In this document: positions 27,793-36,689 of the stretch, in pieces | Layout of the letters: every line of letters starts with the position of its first letter | Numbering within the stretch: the stretch's first letter is position 1 | Assembly (NCBI GenBank): GCA_017307205.1 | Contig: JAFKGN010000166.1 | Coordinates: 1-56,508, forward strand | Direction: 5' to 3' | Source: Caulobacterales bacterium | GTDB lineage: Bacteria > Pseudomonadota > Alphaproteobacteria > Caulobacterales > Caulobacteraceae | DNA: 56,508 bases | The notes under the pieces: generated by a model | What the model was told of the DNA's origin: nothing | Database searches by the model: none | What the model saw: the letters and a program-made list of their open reading frames with translations, nothing else | Program-made: the position numbers and the translations under genes

Positions 27793-30606
27793 ATGGCTCG
27801 CCGTCTGAAACCCACCCGTCTGGAACACGTCGTCGACGGCGTCGCTCTGCGCGCGCGCCTCACCGCGGCGGCGCTGGATGCGCTGCGCGATCCGGCCGAA
27901 CAGCGGCGGCGGGCGCTGGAAATCCTGCGTCAGGCGCTGTTTCGCGGGCGGATGATCGTCAAGGAGCGGTTGGAGAACGGCGCCGGCGGCATCGAGACCG
28001 CGCGGCTGCTTTCCGGGGTCACCGACGAAGTGGTCACCGCGCTCTACGACTTCACCACCGTCCACATGATCCGCGCCCGCAACCCGACCGAGGGTGAGCG
28101 CCTGGGCGTGGTGGCGGTCGGCGGCTATGGGCGCGGGGCGCTGGCGCCCTACAGCGACCTCGATCTGCTGTTCCTGCGCCCCTACAAGCAGACCGCCCAC
28201 GTCGAGAGCGTGATCGAGTTCATGCTCTACGCCCTGTGGGACCTGGGCTTCAAAGTCGGCCACGCCTCGCGGACGGTCGAGGAGTGCATCAAGCTCTCCC
28301 GCGAGGACTTCACCATCCGCACCTCGATCCTCGAGGCCCGTCGCCTGACCGGCGACGAGCGGCTGTTCGACGAGCTGCAGCGCCGGTTCCGCGCCGAGGT
28401 GGTGAAGGGCACGGAAGTCGCCTTCGTTACCGCCAAGCTGAAGGAGCGTGACGAGCGTCAGACCCGCGCCGGGGCCAGCCGCTACATGGTCGAGCCCAAC
28501 GTCAAGGAAGGCAAAGGCGGCCTGCGCGACCTGCACACCCTGATGTGGATCGCCGAATATCTGCACGCGGTGGACCGGCCGGACGATGTGTTCCAGCTGG
28601 ACATGTTCGAGCGGCGCGAGACCAAGACCTTCATTCGCGCCTTCGACTTCCTGCACGCCGTGCGCGCCCACCTGCACTTCACGACCGGTCGCGCCGAGGA
28701 GCGCCTGACCTTCGACCTGCAGCCGGAAATCGCCCGCCGCATGGGCTATGGCGACCGCGGCGACGCCCCGGCCGTCGAGCGCTTCATGCGGTTCTATTTC
28801 CTGGTGGCCAAGGACGTGGGGGCGCTGACCCGCACCTTCGCCGCCAAGCTGGAAGCCGAGCAGCTGAAGAAGCAGCCGAAGGGCATCTCGCGCTTCCTGC
28901 CCGGCAAGAGCCGCCGGATGAAGCCGATCGAGGCCGAGGGCTTCTTCGAGGACGGCGGCCGCCTGAACGTCGACGGCGCCTGGGTGTTCGAGCGCGATCC
29001 GGTCGACCTGATCCGCATCTTCAAAATCGCCGACCAGCGCGGGCTGGACCTGCACCCCGATGCCTTTACCGCCATCACCCGCAGCCTGGGGCTGATCACC
29101 TCGCGGGTGCGGCGCGACCCGGACGCCTCGCGCGCCTTCCTTGACGTGCTGGCGCGCGGCAAGGAGACCTATCGGGTTCTCACCCTGATGAACGAGAGTG
29201 GCGTGCTGGGCCGCTTCCTGCCGGAGTTCGGCCGGGTCGTCGCCCAGATGCAGTTCAACATGTACCACTCGTACACGGTGGACGAGCACACCCTGCGCGC
29301 CGTGGGCGTGATCGGCGACATCATCGCCGGGCGCCTGGACGAGGAGCATCCGCTTTCGGCCTCGGTGATGCCGCTGATCGGCGACCGCGAAACACTGTTC
29401 CTCGCCATGTTGCTGCACGACACCGGCAAGGGCGGCGTCGGCGGCCAGGAGAAGGCGGGCGCTCGCTCGGCGCGGTCGGCCTGCGAGCGGCTGGGCGTGG
29501 AGCGGACCAAGGTCGAGCTGGTCGCCTGGCTGGTCGAGCACCACCTGGTGATGAGCGACTACGCCCAGAAGCGTGACGTCGCCGATCCGCGCACCATCGA
29601 GTCCTTCGCCCACATCGTCGAAAACCCGGAGCGCATGCGCCTCTTGCTGGTGCTGACCGTGGCCGACATCCGCGCCGTGGGGCCGGGCGTCTGGAACGGC
29701 TGGAAGGGGCAGCTGCTGCGCGAACTCTACACCGCCACCGAGGCGGTGTTCCGCGGCGGACGCGGCTCGGACGCCGCCGCCAGCGTGATGCGCGCCCATG
29801 AGCGCCATGCCGCCGAGGCCCGCGCCCAGCTGATCGCCGCCGACGCCTCGACCGCCGACTGGGCCGGCGCGATGGAGAACGCCTACTTCGTCGGCTTCCA
29901 GCCCGCCGAGCTGACGGCCCACGCCGCCCTTGCTCGCCGCGCGGTCGCCGAGGGCGGCGTCGCCGCCGAGGCCTTCATTCCGCCGGGCTCGCCGGCCGCC
30001 GAGATCGTGGTCGCCGCGCGCGACCGTCGCGGCCTGTTCGCCGACCTGACCCTGGCCATCTCGGCCCTGGGCGGCAATGTGATGGGCGCGCGGGTCTTCA
30101 CCTCCCGCCAGGGCGAGGCGCTGGACGTCTTCTACGTGCAGGATGGGGCCGGCATGCCGCTGGGCGGCGACAACCCCCGGCAGCTGGCGCGTATGGCCGA
30201 GGCCGTGGCCGCGGCCGGTCGCGGCGAGACGGTGACCGCCGAACGGCGACGGACCAGCGACATGGGGCGGGCCGCCGCCTTCAAGATCGCCCCGGCGGTG
30301 ACGCTGGACAACGATGCTTCGCGGGAAGCCACGGTGGTCGAGGCCTCGGGCCGCGACTGGCCGGGCCTGCTGGAGGCCCTGGCCCGCACCCTCGCCGAGG
30401 CCGGCCTCTCGATCCAGTCGGCCCACGTCGACGGCTATGGCGAGCGGGCGGTCGACACCTTCTACGTCCAGACCGCCGACGGCGCGAAAGTGACCGACAC
30501 CCGCAAGATGAACAGCCTCAAGACGGCGCTGCTGGCGGCCATGGACCGCGACAGCCCCAACCTGAAGCCGCGCCTGCAGCGGGCGACGGCGAGCGTGGCG
30601 CGTTAA
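27793..30606 (+). CDS. glnD: [Protein-PII] uridylyltransferase
   Basis: AVGGYGRG.LAPYSDLDL, EPNVKEGKGGLRDL, YHSYTVDEH, LLHD and two C-terminal ACT domains. Confidence 0.97.
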   Translation: MARRLKPTRLEHVVDGVALRARLTAAALDALRDPAEQRRRALEILRQALFRGRMIVKERLENGAGGIETARLLSGVTDEVVTALYDFTTVHMIRARNPTEGERLGVVAVGGYGRGALAPYSDLDLLFLRPYKQTAHVESVIEFMLYALWDLGFKVGHASRTVEECIKLSREDFTIRTSILEARRLTGDERLFDELQRRFRAEVVKGTEVAFVTAKLKERDERQTRAGASRYMVEPNVKEGKGGLRDLHTLMWIAEYLHAVDRPDDVFQLDMFERRETKTFIRAFDFLHAVRAHLHFTTGRAEERLTFDLQPEIARRMGYGDRGDAPAVERFMRFYFLVAKDVGALTRTFAAKLEAEQLKKQPKGISRFLPGKSRRMKPIEAEGFFEDGGRLNVDGAWVFERDPVDLIRIFKIADQRGLDLHPDAFTAITRSLGLITSRVRRDPDASRAFLDVLARGKETYRVLTLMNESGVLGRFLPEFGRVVAQMQFNMYHSYTVDEHTLRAVGVIGDIIAGRLDEEHPLSASVMPLIGDRETLFLAMLLHDTGKGGVGGQEKAGARSARSACERLGVERTKVELVAWLVEHHLVMSDYAQKRDVADPRTIESFAHIVENPERMRLLLVLTVADIRAVGPGVWNGWKGQLLRELYTATEAVFRGGRGSDAAASVMRAHERHAAEARAQLIAADASTADWAGAMENAYFVGFQPAELTAHAALARRAVAEGGVAAEAFIPPGSPAAEIVVAARDRRGLFADLTLAISALGGNVMGARVFTSRQGEALDVFYVQDGAGMPLGGDNPRQLARMAEAVAAAGRGETVTAERRRTSDMGRAAAFKIAPAVTLDNDASREATVVEASGRDWPGLLEALARTLAEAGLSIQSAHVDGYGERAVDTFYVQTADGAKVTDTRKMNSLKTALLAAMDRDSPNLKPRLQRATASVAR

Positions 30607-30652
30607 CCCACGTTCGCTTGACCGCGCATCGGCGCCGTCGCAGAAGCCGAAC

Positions 30653-32287
30653 GTGACCGACACCCCGCCCGCGCCGACGAGCCCGCCCGATCCCCCGGCC
30701 AGCGTCGCCGCGAAGCGCAGCGGCCTGCTGCGGTCGTCGCTGATCTTTTCGAGCTTCACTCTGCTCAGCCGGTTCATGGGCTTCGCCCGCGACCTGGTGA
30801 TCACGGCCCGGATCGGGGCGAGCGGCACGATCGCCGCCGACGCCTACTACACGGCCCTGGCCTTCCCGAACCTGTTCCGCCGGATCTTCGCCGAGGGGGC
30901 CTTCTCCTCCGCCTTCGTGCCGGCTTACGCCAAGGCCCTGGCGCGCGACGGAGAAGACGAGGCCGACATCCTGGCCAGCGACGCCCTGGCCACCCTGGCC
31001 ATGTCCACCCTGGTGCTGATGGTCGTCGCCCAGCTGACCATGCCGTGGCTGATGCTGGCCTTCCGCAGCGGCTTCGTCGACACGCCGGACAAGTTCGCCC
31101 TGACCGTGACCCTGACGCAGATCACCATGGCCTACCTGCCGTGCATGTCGATCTACGCCCACCTCTCCGGCGTGCTCAACGCCCGCAACCGCTTCATCCT
31201 GTCGGGCGCCGCGCCGATCCTGCTGAACCTCTGGATGCTGGCCCTGGTTTTGCCGGCGAAGACGCCCGTGCAGGGCGCCTACTTCGCCTCGATCGGGGTA
31301 GTGATCGCCGGGATATCGCAGGCGGCGCTGCTGGTCTGGGGCTGCAACCGCTCGGGCGCCAAGGTCCACTGGCGGCTTCCGCGCCTGACCCCGCCGGTCA
31401 AGGCGCTGATCATGGCGGCGGTGCCGGGCGCCCTGGCCGCCAGCGCCAGCCAGATCAACGTCTGGGTCTCCGGCACGCTGGTCAGCCACGTCGATGGCGC
31501 GGTGTCGTGGCTCTCGGTCTGCGATCGGCTCTACCAGCTGCCGCAAGGCCTGGTGGGCGTCGCTATCGGGGTGGCGCTGCTGCCGCAGCTGACCCGCGCC
31601 GTGATGTCGGGCGACAAGACGGAATCGACCCGCACCCTCGACGAGGCGACCATCTTCGCCATGGCGCTGACGCTGCCGGCGGCTGCTGCGTTGATCATCA
31701 TGCCCTACTTCCTGATCGACGGTCTGTTCACGCGCGGCGAGTTCACCAGCTTCGACGCCCGCCAGACGGCGCAGGCCCTGCTGCAATACGGCTGGGGCGT
31801 GCCGGCCTTCGTGCTGGCCCAGATCACCAACCGGGCGTTCTTCGCTAACCACGACACCCGCACGCCGATGATCGTGGCGCTGGTCTCGGTGGCGGTGAAC
31901 ATCGCCGCCGGCGTCACCCTGTTCCACCTGATCGGCGTGCCGGGAGTCGCGGCGGCGACTTCCCTGGCCTCGTGGGTCAATGTCATCGTGATGAGCGTGA
32001 TCCTGCATCGGCGGGGGCTCTACAGCCCTGATCGCAAGGCGGTTTCCCGCCTGATCCGCCTCGTCTTCGCCAGCCTCGCCCTCGCCGCCCTACTGGCCTT
32101 CGCCGCCTATCGGCAGGAAGCCCTGAAGGCGCTGCTGAGCAAGGAAGTCGCCATCCTGTTGGTCAGCGCCTCGGCGGCCCTGGTCTATCCAGTGCTGCTG
32201 ATCGCCTCGGGCGGCCTGACCGTGGCGGAGATCAAGAGCGCGCTCCGCCGCAAGAAGGGCGCAGCCCCGGCCTTGCCGGAGGCCTGA
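30653..32287 (+). CDS. murJ: Lipid II flippase MurJ/MviN
   Basis: SRFMGFARD, PNLFRRIFAEGAFSSAFVP and DRLYQLPQG; many TM helices. Confidence 0.96.
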   Translation: MTDTPPAPTSPPDPPASVAAKRSGLLRSSLIFSSFTLLSRFMGFARDLVITARIGASGTIAADAYYTALAFPNLFRRIFAEGAFSSAFVPAYAKALARDGEDEADILASDALATLAMSTLVLMVVAQLTMPWLMLAFRSGFVDTPDKFALTVTLTQITMAYLPCMSIYAHLSGVLNARNRFILSGAAPILLNLWMLALVLPAKTPVQGAYFASIGVVIAGISQAALLVWGCNRSGAKVHWRLPRLTPPVKALIMAAVPGALAASASQINVWVSGTLVSHVDGAVSWLSVCDRLYQLPQGLVGVAIGVALLPQLTRAVMSGDKTESTRTLDEATIFAMALTLPAAAALIIMPYFLIDGLFTRGEFTSFDARQTAQALLQYGWGVPAFVLAQITNRAFFANHDTRTPMIVALVSVAVNIAAGVTLFHLIGVPGVAAATSLASWVNVIVMSVILHRRGLYSPDRKAVSRLIRLVFASLALAALLAFAAYRQEALKALLSKEVAILLVSASAALVYPVLLIASGGLTVAEIKSALRRKKGAAPALPEA

Positions 32288-32307
32288 GGCGCGGGTAGAG
32301 CCCGCCC

Positions 32308-33342
32308 ATGAGCCAGCCGCCGCCCCCTGCCTACACCGGCCCCGAACGCGTCCTGTCGGGCGTGCAGCCCTCCGGGGCCCTGCACCTCGGCAACTATCTC
32401 GGCGCCCTGGTGAAGTTCGCCCGCCTCCAGCACGAGCGCGAGACCTTCATCTTCGTCGCCGACCAGCACGCGATCACCGTGTGGCAGGACCCGGCCCTGC
32501 TGGCCCAGCAGACCCGCGAGATCGCCGCCGCCTACCTGGCCGCCGGGCTCGATCCGGCCAAGGCCGCCATCTTCCCGCAATCGGCGGTGCGCGAGCACGT
32601 CGAGCTGGCCTGGGTGTTCAACTGCGTCGCCCGCCTCGGCTGGCTCGACCGGATGACCCAGTTCAAGGAGAAGAGCGGCAAGCACAAGGAGCGCTCGAGC
32701 GTCGGGCTCTACACCTACCCGGTGCTGCAGGCCGCCGACATCCTGGTCTACAAGGCCACCCACGTGCCGGTGGGCGAGGACCAGCGCCAGCATCTCGAAC
32801 TGACCCGCGACGTCGCCGCCAAGTTCAACCACGACTATGACGCGCCCGGCTTCTTCCCCCTGACCGAGGCCCTGACCCAGGGCCCGGGCGCGCGGATCAT
32901 GAGCCTGCGCGACGGCTCGGCGAAGATGAGCAAGTCCGATCCGTCGGACCTGTCGCGGATCAACCTGACCGACGACGCCGACGCCATCGCCTCGAAGATC
33001 CGCAAGGCCAAGACCGATCCCGAGCCCCTGCCGGAAGGCCTCGACGGCCTGGCCGAGCGGCCGGAAGCCAAGAACCTGGTCGGCATCTACGCCGCCCTGG
33101 CCGGCAAGACCGACGCCGAGGTGATCGCCGAGTTCGGCGGCAAGGGCTTCGGCACGTTCAAGCCGGCGCTGGCCGACCTGGCGGTGGCGCAGCTGGCCCC
33201 GGTGGGCGAGCGGATGCGCGGCTACCTGGCCGACCCGCGCGAGATCGACCGCATCCTCAAGGCCGGCGCCGACCGCGCCCGCGCCGTGGCCGCTCCGGTG
33301 GTCGACGAGGTGCGCCGCAAGGTGGGCTTCATCAGTCTCTAA
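32308..33342 (+). CDS. trpS: Tryptophan-tRNA ligase
   Basis: [30 protein letters not shown] and KMSKS. Confidence 0.98.
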   Translation: MSQPPPPAYTGPERVLSGVQPSGALHLGNYLGALVKFARLQHERETFIFVADQHAITVWQDPALLAQQTREIAAAYLAAGLDPAKAAIFPQSAVREHVELAWVFNCVARLGWLDRMTQFKEKSGKHKERSSVGLYTYPVLQAADILVYKATHVPVGEDQRQHLELTRDVAAKFNHDYDAPGFFPLTEALTQGPGARIMSLRDGSAKMSKSDPSDLSRINLTDDADAIASKIRKAKTDPEPLPEGLDGLAERPEAKNLVGIYAALAGKTDAEVIAEFGGKGFGTFKPALADLAVAQLAPVGERMRGYLADPREIDRILKAGADRARAVAAPVVDEVRRKVGFISL

Positions 33343-33362
33343 GGCCGCGCTAGGGTCTCTGC

Positions 33363-33836
33363 ATGAGCCCTCGCAAGTTCCTCGTCGTCGCCGACGACAG
33401 TTCGGAATTCGACGCCGCCCTGCGCTTCGCCTGCCGCCGCGCCAAATCGGTGGGCGGTCGGGTGGTGCTGCTCAAGGTGCTGGAGCCGGCCGAGTTCGAA
33501 CATTGGTCGGGCGTGCGCGACGAGATCGAACGGCAGGAGCGGGAAGAGGCCGAGGCCGTGCTGCAGAAGCTGGCCGAGAAGGTCGCCGAGGCCTCCGGTG
33601 CGGCGCCCGAGTTCGATATCCGCTCGGCCGAGTCCCTCCACCTCGGCATCCGAGCGGCGGTCGCCGAGGATCCCGAGATCAAGATTCTTGTTCTGGCCGC
33701 CGCCGTCGGCGGGCGCGGGCCGGGACCGTTGGTGGCGTCGCTGGCCAAGGAAGGCGTCTCCTGGGGCGGGCGCAAGCTGCCCGTCACCGTGGTGCCCGGC
33801 GACCTGACCGACGACGAGATCGCGGCCCTGGCCTAG
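33363..33836 (+). CDS. Universal stress protein
   Basis: RKFLVVADDS.E..AALRFA and ILVLAA...GPGPLV...PVTVVPG. Confidence 0.88.
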   Translation: MSPRKFLVVADDSSEFDAALRFACRRAKSVGGRVVLLKVLEPAEFEHWSGVRDEIERQEREEAEAVLQKLAEKVAEASGAAPEFDIRSAESLHLGIRAAVAEDPEIKILVLAAAVGGRGPGPLVASLAKEGVSWGGRKLPVTVVPGDLTDDEIAALA

Positions 33837-34487
33837 ATGTGCTTCTCGCCTGAAGTCAGCTTCGCCGCCGCCGGCGTTTTGGGAGCGCTCGGGGCGGTGT
33901 GCGTCGGCCAGGCCTCGCAGCTTCGCGAAAAGCCGCTGGCGGCGATCCCGCTGCTGTTCGCCGCGCAGCAGGCCCTGGAGGGCGTCATCTGGCTGTCGCC
34001 GCTGCACAGCGGCCACGTCAGCAACGCCTGCGTGATCGGCTATCTCGGATTCGCCAAGGTGCTGTGGCCGACCTATGCGCCGCTGGCCGTCCTGCTGGTC
34101 GAGCCGTCGGCCGTGCGCCGACGCATCATGGCGGCCTGCGTCGCCGTCGGAGTGATGGTCTCGACCTACCTCGCCTGGGGGCTGGCGACCTTCCCGCAGT
34201 GGGCGGAGCTGCGGCGCGGCCACATCGTCTACGCCACGCAGCAGCCGATCCCGCTGTGGGTCGGCATGGTCTATCTCGCCTTCGTCAGCCTGGCCTTCCT
34301 GGCGGCGTCGGAGCCGCTGGTCGTGACGTTCGGCGCGATCCTGTTCGGCGGCGCCGTGATCATCCGACTGCTCACGCCTTTTGCCTTCCCATCGATCTGG
34401 TGCTTCTTCGCGGCCATGGCCAGCAGCATCCTGGCGCTGCATTTCGTCCGCGCGAGGCGGCGACGACTTGCGCCCGCCGGGCTCTGA
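33837..34487 (+). CDS. Membrane protein (DUF6629-like)
   Basis: MCFS..VSF start, IPLLFAAQQALEG..W and SIWCFFAA; about 7 TM segments. Confidence 0.75.
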   Translation: MCFSPEVSFAAAGVLGALGAVCVGQASQLREKPLAAIPLLFAAQQALEGVIWLSPLHSGHVSNACVIGYLGFAKVLWPTYAPLAVLLVEPSAVRRRIMAACVAVGVMVSTYLAWGLATFPQWAELRRGHIVYATQQPIPLWVGMVYLAFVSLAFLAASEPLVVTFGAILFGGAVIIRLLTPFAFPSIWCFFAAMASSILALHFVRARRRRLAPAGL

Positions 34488-34488
34488 G

Positions 34489-34585
34489 GCCATCTGTCGG
34501 CCATGTCGACCTAAATCGAAACCGCCCCGAGCCGCGAGCTCGTGAGTTCATGCCCAGCCTACAAAGTGTTGGAATCGGGGCTCGC
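34489..34585 (+). pseudogene. Decayed duplicate of the nfu (nifU-like) 5' end
   Basis: Aligns with 36026-36123: identical 18-mer GCCATCTGTCGGCCATGT, then codon-wise similarity with a premature TAA (from CAG) and small indels. Confidence 0.85.
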
Positions 34586-34662
34586 AGACCGAGTGACATA
34601 GCCGAGAGGAGGGACTAGACCGCCGGGTTTCCAACGCTCGCGACGCAGTTCACCGTCTCCCC

Positions 34663-35229
34663 ATGTCTGACACGACAGTTCCGCTTGGTCCTCCATATGA
34701 CGCACGAGCCGTAGCGAACCTCCTCTTGTCGGCTATGGAGGCTCGCCGCCTGACTGCCTCCAACTTACCGCTGCAAAAGCTGCTCTATTTCGCCCATGGG
34801 ATCATGCTGACGAGGCACGGCGTCCCTCTCGTCGACGGCTACTTTGAGGCTTGGGAGTATGGACCCGTACACCCGCTCATCTATGCGACCTTTAAAGCAT
34901 ACGGCAGTGGGCCAATAACTCTGCCGGCTCGGAGACGCGACCTCCGAACCGGCATGGAAACCGCATTCCCGGCTCCCGTCGATGATCGGGTGGATGCCAT
35001 CATCGATCAGGTCGTTTCACACCTCGGCCGGCAGCGGCCGACACGGCTCGTGCACATCTCGCACGCCGTCGGTGGCCCTTGGGATTACATCGCGAACCAA
35101 ACGGGAACACGCGCTGGATATGGACTGAGAATCTCTGATACGGTCATCAAGGATCGATTCCATCGCCACATGGTGGCGGTGGGGAATGAGGACCGCGAAG
35201 ATGTCAGGGACGAAAGCCCGCCTGCCTGA
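34663..35229 (+). CDS. socA: Panacea/DUF4065 antitoxin, SocA-like
   Basis: PYDARAVAN.LL...NL.LQKLLYFAHG...PLV...FEAWEYGPV...Y..FK...SH..GGPW is the Panacea signature. Confidence 0.88.
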   Translation: MSDTTVPLGPPYDARAVANLLLSAMEARRLTASNLPLQKLLYFAHGIMLTRHGVPLVDGYFEAWEYGPVHPLIYATFKAYGSGPITLPARRRDLRTGMETAFPAPVDDRVDAIIDQVVSHLGRQRPTRLVHISHAVGGPWDYIANQTGTRAGYGLRISDTVIKDRFHRHMVAVGNEDREDVRDESPPA

Positions 35230-35965
35230 ACCCGACTTGGCACGGGTCGCCGCCATGGCCGAAGTAGACAAGAGGCGGCACCTAAGAAACCTCAGAAGCG
35301 GCCCGCCTTCGATTACCTACCGCCCCGCGCGACGGGCAATGCCCGACGCGTTGAACATACAAGCCGCTCTTCCGATGATTGTGGCTGCGCCGTCCAAGGA
35401 GGTGCTCCTTGAACAGGTGAGGTCTGCCTCCCGCAATTCGGACGAGGCCGATTCAAACGCCGAGGTTATCGAGCTCACCTACGATTTCGTGAGAGAACAG
35501 AGCATTAGCGTTGAAGCATATGAGTTCGGCGCTCTTCGGCTGTCCGCCCAGTACGGAGTGACGTTTTGGGCGAATGCAATCTTCAGGAAAGGCGACAAGC
35601 TTTTCGTGATCATCCCAGATTTTCGGCGTGGGCGCGGGTTTAATCAGGCGGCCGTGAAGTTCATTATTTCGGCCGCCCACGAGCGTATTAGCAAGATGGC
35701 GAAAGAGTTCGCCGACATTGAGTTCGCAGTCCTCAGTTTTCCTGCAAGGAAAGATCACCCGCGCACAATAAGGCTTGAGTTCATTTCTCAGAGCGACCTT
35801 TTCTCATACGAACAACTACGCGGCATGACGGAAGAAGCCTTGTCGATCTGGGAGGAAGTTTGCGATGAGCGCCTTGCTGAACAGCGGAAGAAAGCAGCCA
35901 ACGATGACGACGGTCTATTTGGTTGGGCGAGCCAACAAGCAGGCTCTGGGAAGCCTGGTGGCTAA
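35201..35965 (+). CDS. socB: SocB-like toxin (putative sliding-clamp-binding replication inhibitor)
   Basis: Overlaps the socA-like gene by 29 nt. N-terminus LPEPDLARVA...KR..L...GPP..TY.P.R...D.LNIQ and internal DFRR..G resemble the SocB family; clamp-motif-like QAALPM at residues 54-59. Confidence 0.72.
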   Translation: MSGTKARLPEPDLARVAAMAEVDKRRHLRNLRSGPPSITYRPARRAMPDALNIQAALPMIVAAPSKEVLLEQVRSASRNSDEADSNAEVIELTYDFVREQSISVEAYEFGALRLSAQYGVTFWANAIFRKGDKLFVIIPDFRRGRGFNQAAVKFIISAAHERISKMAKEFADIEFAVLSFPARKDHPRTIRLEFISQSDLFSYEQLRGMTEEALSIWEEVCDERLAEQRKKAANDDDGLFGWASQQAGSGKPGG

Positions 35966-36039
35966 AAAGGCATTGGCGTCGCGATAGGCATTAGAAGAGC
36001 GAACTTGCGCGTACGCCTTCCTGACGCCATCTGTCGGCC

Positions 36040-36609
36040 ATGTTCATCCAGACCGAAGCCACTCCGAACCCCGAGGTCCTGAAGTTCCTGCCCGGCCGCG
36101 AAGTGCTGGGATCGGGGGCTCGCGAGTTTCGCGACGCCGAGGACGCCGCGTCTTCGCCGCTGGCGAAAGCGCTGTTCGACCTCGACGGCGTTGAGAAGGT
36201 CTATTTCGGGCCGGACTTCCTGACCGTCGGCAAGGACGTGCACCACGAGTGGCCGCATCTGAAGGCCCCGGTGCTGGCGGCGATTATGGATCACTTCACC
36301 AGCGGCCGGCCGGTGCTGAACGAGGCCGCCGAGAGCGGCCACGACGAGACGGTCTACGACGACGAGACCCAGCAGATCGTCACCGAGATCAAGGAACTGC
36401 TCGACAGCCGCATCCGCCCGGCCGTGGCGCAGGACGGCGGCGACATCGTCTTCTCGCGCTTCGAGAAGGACACCGGCGTCGTGTGGCTGAACATGCGCGG
36501 GGCCTGCTCGGGCTGCCCGTCCTCGACCGCCACCCTCAAGGCGGGCGTTGAAAACATGCTGCGACACTATGTGCCGGAAGTCACCCGGGTCGAGCAAACC
36601 CTGGGCTAG
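36040..36609 (+). CDS. nfu: NifU/Nfu family Fe-S cluster carrier
   Basis: MFIQTEATPNP..LKF and IRPAVAQDGGDI...GACSGCPSS..TLK.GVEN. Confidence 0.95.
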   Translation: MFIQTEATPNPEVLKFLPGREVLGSGAREFRDAEDAASSPLAKALFDLDGVEKVYFGPDFLTVGKDVHHEWPHLKAPVLAAIMDHFTSGRPVLNEAAESGHDETVYDDETQQIVTEIKELLDSRIRPAVAQDGGDIVFSRFEKDTGVVWLNMRGACSGCPSSTATLKAGVENMLRHYVPEVTRVEQTLG

Positions 36610-36689
36610 CTTGGCCTTTGGAGATGCGTCTCCACGCCGTAAAAATCCGAGCAATGTTCTGACGCAATTCAGGCGTCATGGGTCGGCGT

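Noticed and set aside
27586-30828. 1080-aa antisense ORF and other long shadow ORFs (e.g. 36960-39779, 53300-56008, 48487-50523)
   Set aside because: They lie antisense to well-supported genes and are expected from high GC3 codon bias; no recognisable motifs.
36656-36670. Third SOS box (GTTC-N7-ATTC) before the GH18-CE4-GT2 gene
   Set aside because: It has one mismatch in a core position and overlaps a different inverted repeat (TGACGC-N7-GCGTCA), so it is too weak to call.
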